A DNA stretch of 64,000 nt, from assembly GCA_963845145.1 (NCBI GenBank), contig CAWJQU010000008.1, positions 160,001 to 224,000 of the forward strand, written 5' to 3'. How positions within the stretch are numbered: the first letter of the stretch is position 1; every line of letters begins with the position of its first letter. The notes beneath the pieces were generated by a model, which ran no database searches, was not told the origin of the DNA, and saw only the letters and a list, made by a program, of their open reading frames with translations. Positions 1 to 9,581 of this stretch are shown here, in pieces. Both the position numbers and the translations under genes were made by a program. Source of the stretch: an uncultured delta proteobacterium. GTDB taxonomy: Bacteria > Desulfobacterota > Desulfobacteria > Desulfobacterales > QNYZ01.

Positions 1-173
1 CCTTACAGCTTATCGACCTCATCGGTATCGATATTCATCGTGCCAAAATGGAGACCTTGCGAACCAAACTGGACGATCCTCGCTATCAGCACCCACCGCT
101 CATTGATGAGATGATTGAAAAAGGCGAACTGGGAAGAAAATCCGGCAAAGGGTTTCACGATTACGGAGAGTAG
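1..173 (+). CDS. hbd: 3-hydroxybutyryl-CoA/3-hydroxyacyl-CoA dehydrogenase, C-terminal part (gene starts before the window)
   Basis: Frame from position 3 reads LQLIDLIGIDIH...GELGRKSGKGFHDYGE to TAG 171-173, the typical 3HCDH C-terminal GxLGRKSGKGFY motif; directly upstream of a crotonase. Confidence 0.8.
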   Translation, partial: LQLIDLIGIDIHRAKMETLRTKLDDPRYQHPPLIDEMIEKGELGRKSGKGFHDYGE

Positions 174-175
174 CC

Positions 176-955
176 ATGTTTGAAAACATACTTTATGAAA
201 CCAACGGGCCGATCGCCACAATGACCATTAACCGGCCCGATAAGATGAATGCGGTCAATAACCAGACCGTCGATGAGATCGATCAAGCCCTCGCCCTGGC
301 TGAAAAGGATGATACCCTGAAGGTCTTCATTTTAACCGGTGCCGGCGAAAAAGCTTTCGTGGCCGGAGCGGATATCAACGAGCTAAAACTTCGCGACGCC
401 GTTAGCGGTCGAATGGAAACCCGCCGTCGGCAGGAAGTCTATTCCCGAATTGAAGCTCTTGAAATTCCGTCCATCGCCGCGATCAACGGCTGGGCCCTGG
501 GCACCGGACTTGAGTTGGCCATGGCCTGCACCCTACGGGTGGCGGCGACCAATGCACGTCTGGGCCAACCGGAGATCAAGTTGGGCGTCATACCGGGTGC
601 CGGCGGCACCCAGCGGTTACCCCGGTTGGTGGGTATGGGACGGGCTATGGAAATGGTGTTGACCGGTGACCCGATCAAACCCGATCAGGCGCTGGCCATG
701 GGTCTGGTCAATCGTGTGGTTGAACCGGATCAACTCATGGCGGAAGTTGACGCATTGGCCCAAACCTTGGTATCAAGGCCGAAGTTGGCCCTTTCCTATG
801 CCAAGGAGGCTGTGCTAAGGTATGCTGAAGGCAGTATGGCCGAGGGGCTGGCCCACGAATCGTACCTGCACACCCTGGCGTGCGGTACCGAAGACAAAGC
901 GGAAGGGATTGCATCCTTTCTGGAAAAACGAAAGCCCAATTTCAAGGGGCGCTAA
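176..955 (+). CDS. crt: Enoyl-CoA hydratase (crotonase family)
   Basis: AFVAGADI, GWALGTGLELAMAC and GQPEIKLGVIPGAGGTQRLPRL motifs, with both catalytic Glu. Confidence 0.9.
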   Translation: MFENILYETNGPIATMTINRPDKMNAVNNQTVDEIDQALALAEKDDTLKVFILTGAGEKAFVAGADINELKLRDAVSGRMETRRRQEVYSRIEALEIPSIAAINGWALGTGLELAMACTLRVAATNARLGQPEIKLGVIPGAGGTQRLPRLVGMGRAMEMVLTGDPIKPDQALAMGLVNRVVEPDQLMAEVDALAQTLVSRPKLALSYAKEAVLRYAEGSMAEGLAHESYLHTLACGTEDKAEGIASFLEKRKPNFKGR

Positions 956-1055
956 TTGACAATCACCCAACCGGCTTGATTTCGCGTGGATAGAACTCGA
1001 GCGATTCTACCCGGCGGTTATCGATAACTGAAAACAAAAAAGGCGGAGCGGATAT

Positions 1056-2789
1056 ATGCGACCTTATTTCGAATCGATGCCTCATTTTGGACGAGAGTTG
1101 AGCGAGGGCCAGAAAAAGAGCACGGAAGATAATATTCAAAAGATTAAAGACGTCGAAGCTCTGATCCTGGACGCAACCGAAAAGGTGAAATCAGCCGGTT
1201 TCCCGGAAGAAAAAATCAATGCCCGGGGGATGCTGACTGTCTGGCAGCGACTTGAATACCTGCTTGACCCGGACAGCTGGTGTCCCCTCAATACCCTTTA
1301 TAATCCTGCCGGCAACGAAGAGGGACATACCAATGTCTTCAACGGGCTGGGTAAGATATCGGGCAAATGGGCGGTTATCATTGGATTTGACAACAAAAAT
1401 CTTGCCGGTGCCTGGATCCCCGGTCAATCCGATAATATTTTAAGAGCGACCAACCTCTCCAAGCGCCTCAATATTCCCCTCATTTGGCTGGTCAACTGCA
1501 GCGGTGTCAAACTCACCGACCAGGAAAAATTTTATGCCGATCGCCGGGGTGGTGGGGCCGCCTTTTTTCGGCACGCCGAACTTGAGCTATTGGGCATTCC
1601 GATTCTTGCCGCCATTTACGGCACCAATCCGGCCGGTGGCGGTTATCATGGTATCAGCCCCACGGTTCTCTTTGCCCACAAAAATTGTAATATTGCCGTG
1701 GGCGGCGGCGGGATTCTGAGCGGTATGTCGCCCAAGGGCTATTTCGACCAGGAAGGCAGCGAGGCCCTCATCAATTCGGCCAAACAGTTCAAGGTCAAAC
1801 CACCGGGATCAGTGGACATCCACTATGACGAAACCGGTTTTTTCCGGTATGTGTATGAAGAAGAGACCCAGGTGCTGGACGGATTAAAAGATTACATGAA
1901 AGACATGCCCGGCTACCACCCTAAATTTTTTCGCGTCGCCGAGCCCAAGCCACCTCGGCTTCCTGCCGATGATCTCTACCGTTTGATCCCGTTTAACCAG
2001 AAACAGATGTACAATTTCGATGAAGTGCTCTCCCGAATTGTCGACGGCAGTGAGCATATGGAATTTCGACCCGATTATGGGCCCGAAATCTATACCGGAC
2101 TGTGCAAATTCGATGGATTTTTGATGGGCGTGATCGGCAATCGCCAGGGCTTTCTTGGTGAGAGCTATCCTGAATATGCCGACTATCCCGGAATCGGCGG
2201 TAAGCTATACCGACAAGGTCTGATCAAAATGAACGAATTCGTCACTCAATGCGGCCGCGACCAGGTGCCTATCATCTGGTTTCAGGATACATCCGGCATT
2301 GACGTGGGCGATATCGCCGAAAAAGCCGAGTTGTTAGGCCTCGGCCAAAGCCTGATCTACTCCATCCAGCAGACGGATGTGCCTCAACTGCTGATTTTGC
2401 TGCGAAAAGGCACAGCCGCCGCACATTACGTCATGGGCGGCCCCGTGGCCAATCGCCACAACGCCTTCACTTTGGGCGTGGCAACATCCGAAATTTATGT
2501 GATGCATGGCGAAACCGCTGCGGCCGCCACCTATTCCCGCCGTCTGGTTAAGGAGAAAGATGCCGGCCGGGATCTGGGCCCCGTCATTGATAAAATGAAT
2601 CAAATGGCCCAGGAATATCACGACTATTCACGTCCCCTGTATTGCGCCCAACATGGCTTGGTGGATGAGGTCGTCACCATGCCGGCCCTGCGCAAATACC
2701 TGACGGCGTTTGCCGGTGCCGCTTATCAGAATCCACGCGCCATCTGCCCTCACCATCAGATGATGCTGCCACGAATAATTAAGGGGTAA
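1056..2789 (+). CDS. gcdA: Glutaconyl-CoA decarboxylase alpha subunit (carboxyltransferase)
   Basis: 577 aa carboxyltransferase; MRPYFESMP start, GTNPAGGGYH, GIDVGDIAEKAELLGLGQSLIYSIQ and C-terminal ICPHHQMMLPR typical of GcdA. Confidence 0.85.
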   Translation: MRPYFESMPHFGRELSEGQKKSTEDNIQKIKDVEALILDATEKVKSAGFPEEKINARGMLTVWQRLEYLLDPDSWCPLNTLYNPAGNEEGHTNVFNGLGKISGKWAVIIGFDNKNLAGAWIPGQSDNILRATNLSKRLNIPLIWLVNCSGVKLTDQEKFYADRRGGGAAFFRHAELELLGIPILAAIYGTNPAGGGYHGISPTVLFAHKNCNIAVGGGGILSGMSPKGYFDQEGSEALINSAKQFKVKPPGSVDIHYDETGFFRYVYEEETQVLDGLKDYMKDMPGYHPKFFRVAEPKPPRLPADDLYRLIPFNQKQMYNFDEVLSRIVDGSEHMEFRPDYGPEIYTGLCKFDGFLMGVIGNRQGFLGESYPEYADYPGIGGKLYRQGLIKMNEFVTQCGRDQVPIIWFQDTSGIDVGDIAEKAELLGLGQSLIYSIQQTDVPQLLILLRKGTAAAHYVMGGPVANRHNAFTLGVATSEIYVMHGETAAAATYSRRLVKEKDAGRDLGPVIDKMNQMAQEYHDYSRPLYCAQHGLVDEVVTMPALRKYLTAFAGAAYQNPRAICPHHQMMLPRIIKG

Positions 2790-2908
2790 CCGGCAAAACA
2801 GATTCCCTGCTGCATCGAATGATTGATATCCTCACAGACGATCAGGGCCCTTTCAGTCCGGAAACAGGCTCTGCCAACTTGAGAGGTTTCTTGTGATAAA
2901 GCAAACCA

Positions 2909-5275
2909 CTAAAATGCCTGATACTCTTTTCTGGCGATAATCTCCTCTTGCAGGGCTTCCGACAGATCGCAAAAATAATCGCTATATCCGGCAACGCGAA
3001 CAATCAGATCCCGATATTCGTCGGGTGCCTGTTGGGCTTTTCGGAGCGTTTCGGTATCGATAACGTTAAACTGGATATGGTGACAATCCAGGCTGAAATG
3101 GGTACGGATGAGATGGACCAGGTTGTCCAGGCCGGTTTCGGTATCCAGTAGCTGCGGTGAATATCTTTGATTTAGAAGTGTCCCACCGGTACGCATATGA
3201 TCCATCTTTGAAATCGATTTGATCACAGCGGTAGGTCCATGGCGGTCGGCACCCTGAACGGGCGAGATCCCTTCCGACAATGGGCGCCCGGCTTTGCGGC
3301 CATCGGGCAGCGCGCCGATGACCGATCCGAAATAAACATGGCATGTCGTCGGCAGTAAGTTGATGCAATAGCGCCCCCCACGCGTATTTGGGCGCCCATC
3401 AATGGCATTAAAATAGGCATCAAAAATCCGTTTCATGATATCATCGGCATAATCATCGTCGTTCCCGAATTTTGGGGTTTTATTCAGGAAGCGCTGTCGC
3501 AACCGCTCATCGTTTTCGAAATCTGTATCCAGCGTCTCGATCATGTCCGTCAGAGGGAGATTTCCCTCATCGAAAACGTGATATTTGATTGATGATAACG
3601 CGTCGGTAATGGTACCAAGGCCGACACCCTGAATATAACTCGTGTCATAACGGGCGCCGCCATCATGGTAATCCCTGCCTTTTTTTATACAATCGTCAAC
3701 GAAAAGCGATAAAAACGGGGCCGGCATGTATGCCGCATACAACCGCTCGATGACGTTGTTTCCCCGAATTTTGATATCGATAAAATGCCGCATCTGCTTT
3801 TCAAACGCGGAGAACAGGTTGTCGAAGGTTTTGAATTTATTCGGCGACCCTGTTTTCGGTCCCAACTGCCGGCCGCTGCGCGGATCGATACCGTTGTGAA
3901 GGGTTAATTCAAGAATTTTTGGAATATTGAAATAACCGGTCAGGTTGTAATTCTCTTTGCCAAAAGCACCGGTTTCGACACAACCGCTGGTCCCGCCGTT
4001 GCGGGCGTCCGTGATTGTTTTACCGACGCGCAACATTTCCTGAACCACGAGGTCATGATTAAAAACAGAGGGCTGGCCAAAACCGGTAGAAATGATTTTA
4101 GCGGCCCGCTTGATGAATTGAATCGGATTTTTTTTACTCACCTGAATGGACGAGCTCGGTTGAAGCAGGCGCATCTCCTCAATGACATCGAGAATCAGGT
4201 AGGTCACTTCATTGACGCCATCTGAGCCATCGGCTTTGACCCCACCTGTGTTAATTTGGGCAAAATCCGTATAGGTACCGCTTTCCGCCGCAGTCACCCC
4301 AACCTTGGGCGGGGCCGGTTGATTATTGAATTTAACCCATAAACATTGCAGCAGATCACGGGCTGTTTCTTGTGTCAGAGAGCCATCGGCCAATCCATTC
4401 TTATAAAAAGGTAGGAGGTGTTGGTCAAACCGACCCGGGTTAAAAGCGTCCCACGGGTTTAATTCCGTGGTCACGCCCAGATGAACGAACCAGTAGTATT
4501 GAACTGCTTCCCAAAAATTGCGCGGCGCTTTGGCCGGAATATGCGAACAGACGTCTGCAATGGCCTCGAGCTCTTGTTTGCGCTTTAGTTCCGTTTCAAT
4601 CTCGGCCAACTCACGGGCCTTCACGGCGTGGCGATCGGCAAAAATTATCAGCGCATCGGCACAAATGGCCATGGCCTTCAAGGACTCCTGCTTGGAATAG
4701 GCGGCAGGGTCACCATAAAAATCCAGGGTTTTAAGGCTGGTATCAATATCTTGTTTAAAATCCAATATCCCCTTTTTATAAATCTTGTCATCCAGCGTTG
4801 TGTGCCCTGGAGAGCGCTGCTCCATAAACTCGGTGAAAACGCCCGCCCCATAGGCATCATGCCATGCGGGGGACATTTCACTTAACAATCGCTCGCGCAT
4901 GGTCTTGCTTTTCCAATAAGGGATTGCCTTCTTAGCGTAAAAAGCCTTTACCTCATCGGATACGGTAAAGGCTATTTTTTCACGGGTGTGCAGTACATCA
5001 AGATCGTCCAACGAATGACAGCACAATTCCGGATAGGTCGGCGAAGCTTTGGGGCAAGGCCCTTTTTCACCGACAATCAGTTCGCCGGCACCGATATAGA
5101 TGCTTTTATGCATCATAATATATTGAAAGGCCTGCGCACGCCGTACCGGCACCGACATGGTGGGATCGGCATGGTTTTTATAAAATTCTGTGAGCAGTTC
5201 CGCCCGCTCCGATGACAATGAGGGGACGGCTGCCAGGCTTTGCTGGCGTAACTTATAAACACGATCCGACAACAT
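2909..5275 (-). CDS. hypD: Glycyl radical enzyme, trans-4-hydroxy-L-proline dehydratase type
   Basis: RVAGY glycyl loop and GGTSGCVE Cys loop; EQRSPGHT, ELNPWDAF, ESGTYTDF and LPTTCH segments match HypD active-site motifs as recalled from C. difficile HypD. Confidence 0.85.
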   Translation of the reverse strand: MLSDRVYKLRQQSLAAVPSLSSERAELLTEFYKNHADPTMSVPVRRAQAFQYIMMHKSIYIGAGELIVGEKGPCPKASPTYPELCCHSLDDLDVLHTREKIAFTVSDEVKAFYAKKAIPYWKSKTMRERLLSEMSPAWHDAYGAGVFTEFMEQRSPGHTTLDDKIYKKGILDFKQDIDTSLKTLDFYGDPAAYSKQESLKAMAICADALIIFADRHAVKARELAEIETELKRKQELEAIADVCSHIPAKAPRNFWEAVQYYWFVHLGVTTELNPWDAFNPGRFDQHLLPFYKNGLADGSLTQETARDLLQCLWVKFNNQPAPPKVGVTAAESGTYTDFAQINTGGVKADGSDGVNEVTYLILDVIEEMRLLQPSSSIQVSKKNPIQFIKRAAKIISTGFGQPSVFNHDLVVQEMLRVGKTITDARNGGTSGCVETGAFGKENYNLTGYFNIPKILELTLHNGIDPRSGRQLGPKTGSPNKFKTFDNLFSAFEKQMRHFIDIKIRGNNVIERLYAAYMPAPFLSLFVDDCIKKGRDYHDGGARYDTSYIQGVGLGTITDALSSIKYHVFDEGNLPLTDMIETLDTDFENDERLRQRFLNKTPKFGNDDDYADDIMKRIFDAYFNAIDGRPNTRGGRYCINLLPTTCHVYFGSVIGALPDGRKAGRPLSEGISPVQGADRHGPTAVIKSISKMDHMRTGGTLLNQRYSPQLLDTETGLDNLVHLIRTHFSLDCHHIQFNVIDTETLRKAQQAPDEYRDLIVRVAGYSDYFCDLSEALQEEIIARKEYQAF

Positions 5276-5276
5276 T

Positions 5277-6194
5277 CTATCCTCCGATCGACACTTGCAT
5301 ATTGGCTTTACGCATCATGGATTTAACCGCCATCATTTCCTTCCGGTTGGGAGGATGGCAATGGCCGAGGGAATAATTCTTTTGTAACCGCCCATATTTC
5401 TCTATAGCGATATCGTGATAAGGTAATATATCAATTTGAATAATATTGGGCAACGCCTTTGCCAAAGCCGCAATAGCTTCAATGTTTTCTCTTTTATCGG
5501 TAATGCCGGGAATGATGGGAAAGCGGATAATAATACGATGCCCCGCATGGGCCAACTTGCCCAGATTGTCTAATATCAACCGATTGGAAACGCCTGCATA
5601 ATCTCGATGTTGTCGATCATCCATTATTTTGAGGTCAAACAAAAAGAGATCCACAAAGGAACGCAGACCGTCTATGGTAGCCCATTCGGCATAACCGCAA
5701 GTATCAAGGGCCGTGTGGATACCCCGTTTTTTGCATTCCGCAAGAACGGCTCCGGCAAAGTGGGCTTGCACCAAAGGCTCCCCCCCGGATAGGGTAACCC
5801 CGCCCTTTGATTCCTCATAAAATGATCGATCTTTTTCGATGACCTGCATCACGTCCGCGCAGGTTTGCCTTTGCCCTACAATTTCCCTGGCCTCCGTAAA
5901 ACAATAGGCGAGGCAGGTGCCGCAACGGGTGCAGGCATCTAAATCCGTTGTTGCCCCGTCCCCCATGGTGATGGCGTGCGCCGGACAATTTTCCGCACAG
6001 GCCCCACAACTCATACAACGATGACGACGATAGGTGATTTCAGGACGCCGATGCTGGCTTTCGGGATTGTGACACCAGGCACATGCAAGTGGACACCCCT
6101 TAAAGAAAACCGTTGTGCGAATACCGGGGCCATCGTTAACGGAAAACCGTTGAATGTTGAAAATAGATCCTGTCGCGGGTGATTCTTTCATCAT
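5277..6194 (-). CDS. Glycyl-radical enzyme activating enzyme (radical SAM with ferredoxin insert)
   Basis: DGPGIRTTVFFKGCPLACAWCHNPES, two CxxCxxC ferredoxin motifs and SGGEP; adjacent to hypD. Confidence 0.92.
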   Translation of the reverse strand: MMKESPATGSIFNIQRFSVNDGPGIRTTVFFKGCPLACAWCHNPESQHRRPEITYRRHRCMSCGACAENCPAHAITMGDGATTDLDACTRCGTCLAYCFTEAREIVGQRQTCADVMQVIEKDRSFYEESKGGVTLSGGEPLVQAHFAGAVLAECKKRGIHTALDTCGYAEWATIDGLRSFVDLFLFDLKIMDDRQHRDYAGVSNRLILDNLGKLAHAGHRIIIRFPIIPGITDKRENIEAIAALAKALPNIIQIDILPYHDIAIEKYGRLQKNYSLGHCHPPNRKEMMAVKSMMRKANMQVSIGG

Positions 6195-6655
6195 ATGGAT
6201 CGTTATGGCTCGAATGAATATACTTTTAAGACGGCGATGGTTATGAACGGTAAAATACGACCGTTGTTAAATTTTGTCAATTTACTATGGGCCAAACGGA
6301 TGGCAAAGAGACTTGCTTTATCAAGCGGAGCAATAAGACAAAACGATTCGCACCATAAGCCGTTGAAACGTATTTATGGAAGGCTGGATAAAGAATAAGG
6401 GTGCGCGCCTTCTCATTTAATGCAACGCGATTGCATTGGTTGAGGATATAACGTTTATCTACCGCTACAATACAGCTAAAAAATAGCTTGACCCTGGCTG
6501 GGCACAATGGTATTCGGTTTGTAACCAACCTGCTTTATTTGTTATTCATTTAACGGTAATGAAAATGGTAGGCATTCCACTCACATGTCGTCGTATTCAG
6601 CAATAAACCGGACAGCCCTGATTTGAGTGGTACTAATTGATAAAGAGGTTTTTCT

Positions 6656-6841
6656 ATGCCGGATGAGAAAAAAACAACGAATGATAATATGATGTCGGAT
6701 TCTGCCCAAACCAAAGTAAAATTTGAAATTTGGGGTGAGGAGATGATTGAAAAAAAGGTAAAACTAAGCGGTAATAGTGGCAGGGTTTATCTACCGCCCA
6801 ACTGGGTTGGACACAATGTCAAAATTATACGGATAGACTAG
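6656..6841 (+). CDS. DUF2080-family small AbrB-like protein
   Basis: EEMIEKKVKLSGNSGRVYLPPNWVGHNVKIIRID motif; AGAGG RBS upstream. Confidence 0.7.
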   Translation: MPDEKKTTNDNMMSDSAQTKVKFEIWGEEMIEKKVKLSGNSGRVYLPPNWVGHNVKIIRID

Positions 6842-6918
6842 CCCTAAACAATAGTTGGCAATAACGGCATAAAATGGTATCGAAGAATAATCCCAATATT
6901 TAAACAAAAGGAACGATC

Positions 6919-7353
6919 GTGGATAAGATTCAAGTCAGGAAGTTGATGACCAAAGACGCGGCCCACATCCGCAATATTTATGCCGATATCGTTCAAAAAC
7001 CGGTTGATGAGGATTTCGACCGTATTATCGAAACACATGCCAAACGCAATGACGATATTTGTGTGGTCGCCGAACTGGACGGCAATGCCGTAGGATTCAT
7101 GATCAGCTATATTCTGACCATGGGATTTGGTATTTCAAAAAGCGCCTGGATTGCCACAATGGGAGTCGCCCCCAAGTACATGGGTCAAGGAATCGGCGAA
7201 CTGATGGCTAAAGAGATATTTAGCCATTACAAGGCACTAGGCATTGAAAATGTTTATACAGCCGTCCGTTGGGACTCCACTGACCTTTTATCCTTCTGTA
7301 AAACCCTTGGTTTTGACCGAAGTAATTTCATCAACCTTCGCAAAGTGCTTTAA
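6919..7353 (+). CDS. GNAT family N-acetyltransferase
   Basis: MGVAPKYMGQGIGELM acetyl-CoA-binding motif; GTG start with AAGGA RBS. Confidence 0.85.
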   Translation: MDKIQVRKLMTKDAAHIRNIYADIVQKPVDEDFDRIIETHAKRNDDICVVAELDGNAVGFMISYILTMGFGISKSAWIATMGVAPKYMGQGIGELMAKEIFSHYKALGIENVYTAVRWDSTDLLSFCKTLGFDRSNFINLRKVL

Positions 7354-7498
7354 CGATTCGTCGATAGTCGACGCCATCTTAATCAAATAAGAATTTTCCC
7401 GGGAATCAAATAATGGCCTTATCCCAACAAAGGTACGAAAACTCTCATAGATTATAATCAATCAAAAACCACCTTTGTCGTAAATGGACTTATATTTT

Positions 7499-8620
7499 TT
7501 ATGTTGAAATTTCCCAATGGCTTCCCCATTCATCATTAACAGAACAACGCATCCTCATATCGTCTTTCATCAATGCAGCACCACATTCACCACACTCGAT
7601 GCATTCTCGAATTTCCCCTACCCTATTTTCAACTGTTTTAGAGATTAACTCTGGATCGGCGATAATAGCCCTACAGATGGCAACAAGATCTGCCACACCG
7701 TCATTTAATATTTGTTCAGCCTGGCTTAAAGTCAGAATCTTACCCACGGCGATTACCGGTATTTTAACAGCCTCTTTAATTCCCTTGGCAAGTGACAGAA
7801 ATTTACCTTGTTCCATAAACTCGTCCCTGTGAGGTCTGGATTCGGCTACCCCGCCGGACACATGAATGATATCTGTCCCGTTTTTTTCTATCAAAAGTGC
7901 AATATCTATAGCATCATCAAGTCCCAATCCACCTTTTACGAACTCATCTGCACTAACTCGGCAGATGAGGGGGAATTCTTCACCGACCCGCTCTCTTGTT
8001 TTCGTGAGTATATTTATTAAGAACCTTGCCCTGTTTTCCAAGATTCCACCATAGATGTCGTTTCTGTGGTTTGAGTAAGGGGATAAAAATCCGTTTATAA
8101 GATATCCGTGTGCGGCATGGATCTCCACCGTTTCCGCACCAGCGATTTTGGATCGAAGCGCTGCCTCGGCAAACTGATCCTCTATTATTTCTATTTCTTC
8201 TATATCCAACTTCCGTGGTGATTCTTGCCAGATAGGGCATGGTATGGCTGATGGGGCAACTGGTTGCAAACCCGTCGTCTTCGAGGATGTCTGTCGCCCA
8301 GCATGGACTATTTGAATTGCCGGTAAAGAACCGGCCTGCTTTATAACTTTGAATAATTTGGAAAGCCCCTCTATGTATTTATCGCTGTCTATTCGGGTAC
8401 AATATTTGAAAGGGTTACCATCCTGCGAAATAGCAGTACCACCTACAATTGTTAAACCGACTCCACTTTTAGCTATCTTGGTGTAATATTCTATAAGCGG
8501 TTCGCTCACTGTCCCATCTTCATGGGTATAATTGGTAACCGTAGGTGGAAAAACGATTCTGTTTGATAGAAGTGTCTCCCCTATCCGCAAAGGGCTCAAT
8601 AATCATTCAAAGGACGGCAT
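7499..8620 (-). CDS. NADH:flavin oxidoreductase (Old Yellow Enzyme family); in-frame TGA at codon 6, so possibly a pseudogene or restarted at TTG 8599
   Basis: QIVHAGRQ, EIHAAHGYLINGFLSP, NHRNDIYGG and CIECGEC motifs. RBS GAGGA + ATG 8620 gives MPSFE*LLSPLRIG, with TGA at 8605-8603. Confidence 0.8.
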
Positions 8621-8634
8621 GATAGATCCTCTTA

Positions 8635-9132
8635 TCAAAAACCTATTTTTTGTTTGGGCTTCTCCTCGATGGCCAATAGCTTATCAAGGGCTTCAAATAC
8701 GATTTGAAACCGTTCATCAGTCTGCTTCCTCATCTCATCCAGTTCTTTTTTCAATTCTGCATTCGCCGTGATCATATGCCGAAGCTTGGTAAAAGTCCGC
8801 ATGATTTGAATATTGACCTGGACGGCTCTTTTGCTATTAAGAATCCCGGATAACATAGCCACACCTTGTTCAGTAAAGGCAAATGGCAAATATTTTGAAT
8901 GGGCCCCTCTTTTTAAGGTGCCAAATTGGCTCCTTAAAGATTGATCTTCATCCTTAGACAATTCAAACATAAAATCGTCTGGAAATCTGTCGATATGTCG
9001 CCGGACATTTCTTTTCAAAACCTTGGTTTCGACCTCGTACAGTGCGGCAAGGTCCCGATCCAGCATAACCTTGACGCCTCGGATGAAATAAATTTTATTC
9101 GCGATTTGTTCAACGGGTACAATGTCAGTCAT
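8635..9132 (-). CDS. ORF6N domain (KilA-N-like) protein
   Basis: IRGVKVMLDRDLAALYEV, RFPDDFMFELS and PFAFTEQGVAMLSGILNS signature motifs. Confidence 0.9.
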   Translation of the reverse strand: MTDIVPVEQIANKIYFIRGVKVMLDRDLAALYEVETKVLKRNVRRHIDRFPDDFMFELSKDEDQSLRSQFGTLKRGAHSKYLPFAFTEQGVAMLSGILNSKRAVQVNIQIMRTFTKLRHMITANAELKKELDEMRKQTDERFQIVFEALDKLLAIEEKPKQKIGF

Positions 9133-9413
9133 GTGTTATTTGGTCCTTTTCTTTCAACAATGGCCCCAATTGATCCGTGATTTGGCCTTGATCTATAAAA
9201 TATCTCTTTAAATACGCCCTCTGAGGGGGCCGATCTTTCTTGTATAATTCACTTTTATATCTTTATGCTGGACAAGAAGACCGGAGAGATATTGAACAGC
9301 AAAGAAAGATATTAATTTGAGTAATGAACTTATGTAAATGACAGACAATTGTAATCTTTCAGAAATGGTTTAATTTAATGAAATATTTTGATTAAAGACT
9401 TATATGTAAGTGC

Positions 9414-9507
9414 GTCGCGGTAGGGATACCGGTTACCCGGCACCCCCCGCACAGATCCCGGAGTGCAGTTTTCCCGCACCGGGCTCCTCAGTGATACTCG
9501 CTTCCGT
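9414..9507 (-). mobile_element. Group II intron 3' remnant (domains V-VI), no RT ORF
   Basis: Minus strand reads GAGCCCGGTGCGGGAAAACTGCACTCCGGGATCTGTGCGGGGGGTGCCGGGTAACCGGTATCCCTACCGCGAC: a DV hairpin, purine-rich linker, DVI hairpin and terminal AC. The upstream boundary is approximate. Confidence 0.8.
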
Positions 9508-9581
9508 GATCCTTATCACTAGGGGTAACCCCAACATTTGTACAACCAGCCTCTTTTCCCGACACCTACCATTCCATCGTG

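Noticed and set aside
2750..2911. Pyl read-through of the hypD TAG, which has an open frame beyond it
   Set aside because: The protein already ends at the normal GRE C-terminus, and the extension runs antisense into gcdA.
2909..5275. Choline TMA-lyase (CutC) supplying TMA to MttB
   Set aside because: Motifs and length fit HypD, not CutC, and there are no microcompartment genes.
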